The position numbers and the translations under genes are program-made. From NCBI RefSeq assembly GCF_028435265.1, contig NZ_JAGTJK010000012.1, forward strand, positions 102,900 through 166,899: a stretch of 64,000 nt of DNA, read 5' to 3'. The notes beneath the pieces were generated by a model, which searched no databases, was not told the DNA's origin, and worked only from the letters and a program-made list of their open reading frames with translations. Positions 50,099 through 57,346 of the stretch are shown here, in pieces. The DNA is from Polyangium jinanense. Lineage in GTDB: Bacteria > Myxococcota_A > Polyangia > Polyangiales > Polyangiaceae. Numbering within the stretch: position 1 is the first letter of the stretch; the number at the start of each line of letters is the position of its first letter.

Positions 50099-53000
50099 AT
50101 GAGCAAGAAGATGCCGACGAAAGGGGTGCTCACGTTCGAGGCCGAGGGCAGCGACTCGAGCAGCTCGCCTTATTACTCGCGCGTGCTCCACCACCCGACG
50201 ATGGGGTCGGGCGTGACGATCGGCCGCGGCTACGACATGAAGGACCGTTCGTCCGCGGACGTCGAAAAAGATTTCGTCGCGGCGGGTCTGTCCGCGGATG
50301 TCGCGAAGAAGTATGCCAAAGGCGCGGGGCTCACGGGGTCCGAGGCGCGGACGTTCGTCACGAACAACAAGGGCGTCTTGCCCGAGCTCACGTGGGACCA
50401 GCAGCTCGCGCTCTTCGAGTCCACGTATGCGTGGCACGAGAAGGACGTCAAGCGCATCTGCGACAAGGAAGATTGTCAGAACATCTACGGCGTCGTGGAC
50501 TTCAAGACGCTCCACCCGCGCATCCTCGACGTGCTCGTGGATCTCAGGTTCCGCGGCGACTACACGCCCGCGTCGCGCAAGCGCATCCAGAAGCTCGTCG
50601 TCGAGAACGATTATGCGCGCTTCCGCGCGGACCTCTCCAATCGGTCGAACTGGAGCGCGGTGCCGGAGGACCGTTTCGATCGGCGGAGCAAGTACCTGAA
50701 GGACGCGCCGCAGACGGACGACACGGCCGATCACGAGGATGTGACGTACAGCACGCCGACCAAATCGTTTGACCTCAAGACGATGGGCGAGGCAGAGCTC
50801 TACGATCACCTCCGGAGCGTGTGGAAGGCGGAGCAGAAGGCGTTCGGCAACGAGGGCAAACCCGAATTCGACTTCCAGGACGAGGAGGGCCGCGTGAACC
50901 TGCTCGGCGCGCGCGGGTTCGACGCCGACCAGATGGTGCCCGTGCCGAGCACGAACACGAAATACGACGACACGCTTTTCCTCGTCTACAAGAAGGACGG
51001 CGCGAAGCACGTCGAGAAGTTCCACTACTCGAGCGAGTGGACGAGGACGGGCTCGAAGGGGGCCGTGATCATCCTCGGGCAGCACAAGTACTGCCTGGCG
51101 ATCCACAAGAAGCTCAAGGAAGACGGCACGCCCTACCCGTACAACAAGCTCCCCGCGTGGCGCGATTACTACAACACGAACAAGACGCAGCCGCCGGGAG
51201 CCGGTTACCGCGCATTGAACCCGGACCCGACGGTCGGCATCGTCCGCGTGCACGATGCAAGCGCGGCAGGATCCGTGGGCGCTGAGACCACGGGGGTCAC
51301 GCAGAACGCCTCGATCAACATCCATTACGGCGGCGAGGTGCCGAGCGGCTGGACGCCCAGCAAGGGGTGGTCCGACGGGTGCCAGGTCCTCATGCGCGGC
51401 GACCGGTACCTGCGGTTCATGGAGGTCATCGAGTCCGATCACTCCCTGAAGGGCACGATCAACAACGAGCTCGCGCCCAAGCCTTCGGCCGACGGGAAGC
51501 GGTCGCTCATCTACACGCTCGTCAAGGGCGACTCCCTCGCGCCGAGGGACGCGCCGTCCATGGGGTTCCCCGTGGACATCGGCAAAGGGAAGAAGATCGA
51601 CAATTCGACCACGCTCGCGATGTTCGAGCACACCGAGAAGACGATCGACAGCGGCTATTTCCCTCTCGGGACGAATACGACCTGGCACGGCGGCGCCCAT
51701 TTGCACGTCGCCGAGGGGACCGCGGTCCACGCGATGTTCGACGGGCGGATCGTCGCCGCGCGGCTGCCCGCGGCGGCGGACAAATCGAAGGGGGCCTTCG
51801 GCAGCAGGAACTTCATCCTGATCCGGCACGAGATCGACGGGGATCGCTTGAACAAGGCGAATGCCCTGCTCAAGCGCACCCTCATCGGGTACACGATCCG
51901 CGCCGAGACGCTCGTGCTCCGCAAGGAGCCGGGCAACGCCGCGGCCGTCGTCGATACCTTGAAGGTGGGCGACGAGGTGCTGCTGAAGACCGTCCCCCAT
52001 CCGAAGAAGGACGGCGTCTCGTGGGCGCACGTCGTCGTTTCCAAATCGGCGAAGGAAGGCCTGAAGGACAAGGTCGGCTATGTGGCCGCCACGTCCTTGC
52101 TCGTCACGCCCAGGTACGCGCCGCCGAAGGAGCGCGTGAAGCCGTCCGAGACGCGGGTGGTGTATTCGCTCTACATGCACCTCGGGCCCCAGGCGCTCGA
52201 CACGACGAACTCCGTCCTCGCCTCGATCCCCTGGGTCTCGGGGGCGCAGTGGAGCGTGTCGGACGACGTCCGGCTCCGCAGCGCGCCGGGCGTCCCGGAT
52301 CCGGACAAGACGCAGATCGGTACGCTCGTCTCCGGCGACACGTTCGTGCAGCTCACCCCCGACCTCGTGACCGCGGGGAGTTATCAGTGGATGAAGGTCC
52401 GCGTCACCAAGGCGAAAGACGCGAAGCTCGCGAACAAGGAGGGGTTCGTCGCGAAGCTCGACAAACGCATGAGCCTCACGAAGGCGCCGAGCGCGGAGAT
52501 CCTCGACAAGCTCAAGTCCGGCGACGTGGTCAAGCTCGACAAACCGGTGGTCGCGGGGGAGCAGATCTGGACGGCGGGCACGATGACGGGGGCCTCGGGT
52601 GGGGCGCAGGCGGGCATTCACTGGGAGGTCTTCTCGGAGCAGCCCCTCTTCCCGGACTGGCCGTCCGCCGACGATCCCGACGAAAATCTGAACATGGACG
52701 TGAAGAAGATTTTCGACATGATCGAGCAGGAGTTCTGGGGGTACAACGACACGATCTCCGCGTCCGAGCTGAACGATTTCTACAAGAACAATCCCAAGGC
52801 GAAATCGCTGCGATACTACGCGTGCCGGTTCATGAGCGAGTGGGGCTGCGACATCGACAAGGCCGTCGCGCAGATCCAATCGAGGGGGCTCTACAGCGTC
52901 TCGGGGCTCGCCGACAAGATGCGGCCCTACCTGTGGTGGAAGGAGGCGGAGGGCAAGAAGGTGGAGCTGCCGAAGAGCCCGATCGTCTGGCACTACAACC

Positions 53001-53986
53001 CGATCGGGTTCGTCTACGCGATGACCAAGATCGAGGAGACCCCCGCCCCGCGCACCGAGCCGGCGCAGACGAAGGAGGATCCGAAGGTCGCCACGGAGAC
53101 GCAATGGTCCGGCGTCGCGTACGGCGATTACGTGCTGAAGAAGGGCGACGACGACGGCAAGCAGACCTGGGGCGGCCTCGCGCGCAAGGAGAAGGGCACA
53201 TACGTGGTCGAGCTGCAGAAGGATCTGCTCGAGCTCGGCTACTGGATCAGCGCCGCGAGCTCGAACAAGGGGATGAACGCCGACGGCAATTTCGGCGGCA
53301 CGGTGCGCGGCGCCGTCATGCTCTTCCAGCGCGAGCACGGGTTGAAGGAGACGGGGGAGGTCGACGCGGCGACGGCGAAGCTCATCAAGGAAAAGACGAA
53401 GGTAGCGAACTACGAGCGGCCCGGGCACAAGGCGGGCGATTACGGTCAGTTTTATCAGCTCCCGCCTTCGGAGAACTACGAGCGGTACGACGAGGTGCGC
53501 GACGACAATTGCATCCCGAAGGACAACTGGGGCACGAAGGAGATGATCAAGATGCTCACCTCCGCGGGCAAGGCCTGGAAGGAGCAAGGAAAGTCGCTGT
53601 TCCTGGTCGGGGACGTCTCGCTCTACAACGGTGGCAAGATGGACCCGCACAAGTCCCACCAGGACGGCACCGGCGTGGACCTCGACTCCGATGAGCTGTG
53701 CAGCATCAACCGGGCGACGTTCAAGAAAGAGGAGTCCCTGTCGCTCACGCAGCTGCTCATCAAGCACGGCGCGAAGCGCGTCCTCTTCAATTGCAAGTAC
53801 GTGACCGACCAGGTGCCCGAGGCGTTCGCGTTATCGGGGCACCACCACCATTACCACGTCGACGTGAAGCCGGGGCTGAAGACGAACGAGCACCCCGAGG
53901 AGGAGTGCAAGTGGTGCCACAAGTCGGTGTACAAGAAGTGCGACTACGCCAAGAAGGCGAAGCGCTCGGACTCGGAGCTCACCTGA
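50099..53986 (+). CDS. Multi-domain peptidoglycan-hydrolase protein (1295 aa), candidate T6SS antibacterial effector
   Basis: No signal peptide. Modules read by eye, in order:
- A lysozyme/pesticin-like N-terminus (FEAEG...GVTIGRGYD, ~50100-50700).
- A region with INIHYGG...WSDGCQV (~50900-51500), reminiscent of the YkuD-fold H...(S)xGC active site.
- An M23/LytM-like domain split by two SH3b-like inserts (WHGGAHLHVAEGTAVHAMFDGRIV, FILIRHEIDG, YSLYMHLGP, AGIHWEVF; ~51660-52650).
- PG_binding_1 (VVELQKDLLELGYW...DGNFGGTVRGAVMLFQREHGLKETGEVD, ~53190).
- A MepA/LAS-type metallopeptidase (DPHKSHQDGTGVDLD ... GHHHHYHVD, ~53500-53900). Confidence 0.8.
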   Translation: MSKKMPTKGVLTFEAEGSDSSSSPYYSRVLHHPTMGSGVTIGRGYDMKDRSSADVEKDFVAAGLSADVAKKYAKGAGLTGSEARTFVTNNKGVLPELTWDQQLALFESTYAWHEKDVKRICDKEDCQNIYGVVDFKTLHPRILDVLVDLRFRGDYTPASRKRIQKLVVENDYARFRADLSNRSNWSAVPEDRFDRRSKYLKDAPQTDDTADHEDVTYSTPTKSFDLKTMGEAELYDHLRSVWKAEQKAFGNEGKPEFDFQDEEGRVNLLGARGFDADQMVPVPSTNTKYDDTLFLVYKKDGAKHVEKFHYSSEWTRTGSKGAVIILGQHKYCLAIHKKLKEDGTPYPYNKLPAWRDYYNTNKTQPPGAGYRALNPDPTVGIVRVHDASAAGSVGAETTGVTQNASINIHYGGEVPSGWTPSKGWSDGCQVLMRGDRYLRFMEVIESDHSLKGTINNELAPKPSADGKRSLIYTLVKGDSLAPRDAPSMGFPVDIGKGKKIDNSTTLAMFEHTEKTIDSGYFPLGTNTTWHGGAHLHVAEGTAVHAMFDGRIVAARLPAAADKSKGAFGSRNFILIRHEIDGDRLNKANALLKRTLIGYTIRAETLVLRKEPGNAAAVVDTLKVGDEVLLKTVPHPKKDGVSWAHVVVSKSAKEGLKDKVGYVAATSLLVTPRYAPPKERVKPSETRVVYSLYMHLGPQALDTTNSVLASIPWVSGAQWSVSDDVRLRSAPGVPDPDKTQIGTLVSGDTFVQLTPDLVTAGSYQWMKVRVTKAKDAKLANKEGFVAKLDKRMSLTKAPSAEILDKLKSGDVVKLDKPVVAGEQIWTAGTMTGASGGAQAGIHWEVFSEQPLFPDWPSADDPDENLNMDVKKIFDMIEQEFWGYNDTISASELNDFYKNNPKAKSLRYYACRFMSEWGCDIDKAVAQIQSRGLYSVSGLADKMRPYLWWKEAEGKKVELPKSPIVWHYNPIGFVYAMTKIEETPAPRTEPAQTKEDPKVATETQWSGVAYGDYVLKKGDDDGKQTWGGLARKEKGTYVVELQKDLLELGYWISAASSNKGMNADGNFGGTVRGAVMLFQREHGLKETGEVDAATAKLIKEKTKVANYERPGHKAGDYGQFYQLPPSENYERYDEVRDDNCIPKDNWGTKEMIKMLTSAGKAWKEQGKSLFLVGDVSLYNGGKMDPHKSHQDGTGVDLDSDELCSINRATFKKEESLSLTQLLIKHGAKRVLFNCKYVTDQVPEAFALSGHHHHYHVDVKPGLKTNEHPEEECKWCHKSVYKKCDYAKKAKRSDSELT

Positions 53987-53990
53987 GCCG

Positions 53991-54665
53991 CTAGAGCCCG
54001 TACACCTTCGCGAGCGCCTTCTGCGTCGTCGCGTCGTACTTGCCCGTCACGGAGATCTTTTCGGCGCGCTGGAAGGCCTCGATCGCCGCGGTCGTCGCCT
54101 CGTCGAGCGTGCCGCTCGGCTCGTCGGCATGAAGCCCGAGGTTCTTGAGGCGCGTTTGCGCCCCGCGGATCGTGTCGATCGGCTCGAGCTCGCCGAGCGC
54201 GAGCTTGTACGTTTGTCGCCGGTTCGGCAGCTTCAGCACCGCCTCGGCCTGATCCGCCGGCACCTCGGCTTCCAGTGTCCCGTCGTCCCCTGTCGTCCCC
54301 TCGAGCTTGCGCTCGCCGCACTCGATCTCCCAGGGCTCGTTCGCGAGCGGCTCCTGGCCCGCGGTGAGCTTCAGGTAGACCCGGACCTTTTCGCGCTTGA
54401 CCACGAACCTGTGCGACTTGCCCGTCTCGATCGGCGACGGCTTCGGCTTCGGCTGCGGCACCGTCACCTTGTCGCCCGGCGCGAGCACGTTCGGATCCTT
54501 GCGCAGCTTGCGCAGCGCCGCGTTCTCCGGCGCCTCCCATACCGTCTTCCACGGAAGACCGTATTTCGCCGCGATCGTCGCGATGCACTCCCCCGCCTGG
54601 ACGTCGTGTGTCGTGCCTGCCATGGCGATTCCCAGGCGATGATACACGTCGCGCTGTCCGATCAC
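53991..54665 (-). CDS. LysM plus PG_binding_1 peptidoglycan-binding protein with a central beta-rich module
   Basis: The LysM domain reads THDVQAGECIATIAAKYGLPWKTVWEAPENAALRKLRKDPNVLAPGDKVTVP. The C-terminal IRGAQTRLKNLGLHADEPSGTLDEATTAAIEAFQRAEKISVTGKYD is PG_binding_1-like. A GTG at 54665 overlaps the upstream stop (GTGA); an alternative ATG is at 54623. No signal peptide. Confidence 0.75.
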   Translation of the reverse strand: MIGQRDVYHRLGIAMAGTTHDVQAGECIATIAAKYGLPWKTVWEAPENAALRKLRKDPNVLAPGDKVTVPQPKPKPSPIETGKSHRFVVKREKVRVYLKLTAGQEPLANEPWEIECGERKLEGTTGDDGTLEAEVPADQAEAVLKLPNRRQTYKLALGELEPIDTIRGAQTRLKNLGLHADEPSGTLDEATTAAIEAFQRAEKISVTGKYDATTQKALAKVYGL

Positions 54666-56206
54666 TCCATCAAAAAGCCCATCCGCGCAAAGCGCAGGAG
54701 CTTCTGCTCGGTGATCTCGGCGAACACCTCCGCATCCGTGCAGGGCGCGCCGTTCATCTCCACCGACACCACACAGCGACGCGCGTCCTCGAGCGCCGCC
54801 TCCGTGAGCGCCGAAGCGTCACGCGTCCCATCCATGCGCGCGAGGATCGCCCGATCGAACGTGTCGACCTGCACGCCCTCGTGCAGGAGCGTGGTGCAAA
54901 ACGGGCTGCCCACGCTCGCCTGATAACGCGCGAACGGGAAGACGCGCGGGCGCTCGGCGGGCGCCTGGGCCACGGGCTTTGGCGAGGCCCAGAGCCGGAT
55001 CGCGCCTTTCGTGTAGAGCCCGAGGAGGTTTCGCGCGAGCCGCGCCCGCGCCTCGCCCTCGAACGCCGCGAGCCCGAGCTTCTCGCCGGTTTGCCACGCG
55101 AGCGCGTCGAACGGGAGCCCGCCGGGCGTGTATTCGGAGAGCGTGACGAGCGCGGCCTTGAGCGTGGCCTGATCGGTGCCGATCGCCCCGCCTGGCCCGA
55201 TGAACGTTTCCTCCACGCCCTCGGCGAGGTTTGGCGCCGTGACCCCCGGCGCGAGCGGCGAGGCGAGCACGAGCGAAAAGATTCGATCGGCCGAGACGCG
55301 GGGCGAGAGCGGGGCGTCGTCGCGGCAAAGGACGGCGCGGCGAAAACACCGGAGCTCGAGGAGGTCGAGCGATTGCTGGAGGGAGACGAGGTCGCCACTG
55401 CCTGCCCGCGCCCGGACGGCCTCGTCGGCGGCGGGCCCGAGGCGCTCGGGAAACACGAGCGGCACGTGGGCGTCGGTGACGAACGCGAGCCCCGCGCCTT
55501 CCATGTCGCGGACGAAGTCGGCGAAATACTCGGCGTGGTTGTTCGGGGCGAGGTGCTCACCGATCAGGTAGTGGTCCGAGAGCTCGGCGAGGGTTTGCAG
55601 CTCGCTCGCGAGCCAGGCGCGCGTGGGATCGGAGCCTGTGGCCTCGGTGCCGAGGAAACGCAAAAAAGCGCGCGCCTTCGCGACGCGCTCGGCGGCGGAT
55701 CCTTCCGTGCCGACCTCACGCCGTAGCATGTCGCGGATCGCGCCGCGCAGGTGCCAGCCGGGCAAGGTATTGAAGCTGATGTAGGCGAGGCCGTGGGGCG
55801 CGAGGTGCCGGCGGACGACGCGGCGAATGGCTTCGCGGGCGTCGTCGGGGACCCACGAGTAGACGCCGTGGCAGACGATGTAATCGAAGGAGCCGGGTTC
55901 GTCCTCGAATTCGCGGATGTCGGCGAGGTGGAGGGCGAGGTTTGCGAGCCGGGCGCCCTCGGCGTGTTTTCGAGCGACGGCGAGCGAGTCTTCGGCGCGA
56001 TCGAGGGCGACGAAGCGGCTCTCGGGGAAGGCGGCGGCCATGGGAAGGACGTTGCCGCCGGTGGCGGTGCCGATCTCGAGGACGCGGCATCGAGCGGGCG
56101 GGGCGGGCCGGAGGCCAAAGAGGACGCCGATCGCGCCGAGGTGGTCGGGGTGCGTCTCGGCGAAGGGCAGGGCCTCGTAGAAATAATCCTCGTTCGCGTC
56201 GGCCAA
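54662..56206 (-). CDS. Class I SAM-dependent methyltransferase fused to a C-terminal methyltransferase-regulatory-type domain (~514 aa)
   Basis: Track ORF 54662..56902 is trimmed; its first ~230 codons are the antisense of the coiled-coil gene. A TTG at 56206 is preceded by GGAGGA with a 5-nt spacer. YEALPFAETHPDHLGAIGVLFGLRPAPPARCRVLEIGTATGGNVLPMAAAFPESRFVALD is motif I (E.G...G). The C-terminal ~300 aa resemble the predicted methyltransferase regulatory domain family. Confidence 0.75.
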   Translation of the reverse strand: MADANEDYFYEALPFAETHPDHLGAIGVLFGLRPAPPARCRVLEIGTATGGNVLPMAAAFPESRFVALDRAEDSLAVARKHAEGARLANLALHLADIREFEDEPGSFDYIVCHGVYSWVPDDAREAIRRVVRRHLAPHGLAYISFNTLPGWHLRGAIRDMLRREVGTEGSAAERVAKARAFLRFLGTEATGSDPTRAWLASELQTLAELSDHYLIGEHLAPNNHAEYFADFVRDMEGAGLAFVTDAHVPLVFPERLGPAADEAVRARAGSGDLVSLQQSLDLLELRCFRRAVLCRDDAPLSPRVSADRIFSLVLASPLAPGVTAPNLAEGVEETFIGPGGAIGTDQATLKAALVTLSEYTPGGLPFDALAWQTGEKLGLAAFEGEARARLARNLLGLYTKGAIRLWASPKPVAQAPAERPRVFPFARYQASVGSPFCTTLLHEGVQVDTFDRAILARMDGTRDASALTEAALEDARRCVVSVEMNGAPCTDAEVFAEITEQKLLRFARMGFLME

Positions 56207-56312
56207 GCGCGTCCTCCGGAAGGGCCGCCACCTTGGCGGGATCGGGAGGCGGGCGCAAGTGTTTGCCTTGAAGGGCCTGCCTGCCCCATGCTGGGCGCGC
56301 GCCGGTGCGCGT

Positions 56313-57233
56313 ATGGATGGGCTCTCGTTGATTCTGGTCGCGGTGGTCTGCGCGCTCGCGCTCGTGATCGGAGTGCTTTTGCGATCACGAGGCGCGCTCG
56401 CGCGGGAGCTCGGGGCCGCGCGGGAAGAGGCGCGGGCGCTCGGGAAAGCCGCCGCCGAGGCGAAGCGGGCTCTGCCGCAGGCGGAGGCGGAAGCGGGAGC
56501 GGCGGCGGCAGCGGAGGCGGCGGCGGCAGCGGAGGCGGCGGCGGCAGCGGAGGCGCGCGCGAGATCCGCGGAGCTGGAAAGCGAGCTCCGGGAAGCGCGC
56601 GAGCGGTCCGAAGAGCTGTCCCGAGTGGTCGGGGAGGCGCGCAAGAGCGCCGAAGAGCTGTCCCGAGACGTCAGGGAGGCGCGCAAGAGCTCCGAAGTGC
56701 TGTCCCAAGAGGTCGGGGAGGCGCAAAAGAGGTCCGAAGAGCTGTCCCGCGACGTCGGGGAGGCTCGCAAGAGCTCCGAAGCGCTGTCCGGAGAGCTCCG
56801 GGAGGCGCGCGCAAGGGCCGAGGCGCTCGAACGTGAGCTCGCCGAGGCCCGCAGCAAGACCGATGACAGGGGAGGGGACCTCGCCGCCGCGATGCGCCGC
56901 ATCGAGGAGCTTTCGCGCGCCTATCGGCAAGCCGAGCAGGACGTCGAGGCCCTCTCGATACAAAAGGACGCCTTTGCCGCCGAGGTGCGCGCCCTCAGGG
57001 ACGAACTCGAGCGCCGCAAGAAGGCCGCGGAGGCCGCAGCCGCCGTCGAAGGAAAACCGCTCGCCGCGCCGCCGTCCCGGCAGCCAGCCAAGAAGCCGCC
57101 GCCGCCCGAGCCTATCACCGCGTTTTTCTGTCTCATTTGCGGGGAGGGGAGCTCGGGGGCAAAGCCGCACCGCTGCCTCGTCGAGGAGGCGGAGCTCGCG
57201 AAGAAGAAAGCTGCGGCGACAGTGAAGCGGTAG
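56313..57233 (+). CDS. Membrane-anchored coiled-coil protein with 14-aa tandem repeats and a C-terminal Cys/His cluster (~306 aa)
   Basis: ATG at 56313 (MDGLSLILVAVVCALALVIGVLL is the TM anchor). An (AAAAEA)3 tract is followed by 7 repeats of the form EELSRDVGEARKSS. The C-terminus reads FFCLICGEGSSGAKPHRC. Confidence 0.65.
   Translation: MDGLSLILVAVVCALALVIGVLLRSRGALARELGAAREEARALGKAAAEAKRALPQAEAEAGAAAAAEAAAAAEAAAAAEARARSAELESELREARERSEELSRVVGEARKSAEELSRDVREARKSSEVLSQEVGEAQKRSEELSRDVGEARKSSEALSGELREARARAEALERELAEARSKTDDRGGDLAAAMRRIEELSRAYRQAEQDVEALSIQKDAFAAEVRALRDELERRKKAAEAAAAVEGKPLAAPPSRQPAKKPPPPEPITAFFCLICGEGSSGAKPHRCLVEEAELAKKKAAATVKR
56568..56861 (+). repeat. Seven in-frame 42-bp tandem repeats
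   Basis: The units start at 56568, 56610, 56652, 56694, 56736, 56778 and 56820. An example is gaagagctgtcccgagacgtcagggaggcgcgcaagagctcc. Confidence 0.85.
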
Positions 57234-57346
57234 GCGGCGGGGTGCGGCGCGTATCGCCTGGATCGGCCGCAACACTCTTGTAAGGAGGTCCTCGCTGCGG
57301 ATACGATGGGACCGCCCTCTCACCTTTTTATCAGGCAGGCAGCCCT

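Noticed and set aside
49874-53767. 1297-aa minus-strand ORF
   Set aside because: It is the antisense of the multi-domain hydrolase gene, whose sense frame has multiple catalytic and binding motifs.
56207-56902. N-terminal 232 codons of track ORF 54662..56902
   Set aside because: The repetitive LLRASPTSRDSSSD sequence is simply the antisense of the 42-bp repeat array of the coiled-coil gene. The methyltransferase homology begins at the TTG at 56206, which has a GGAGGA RBS.
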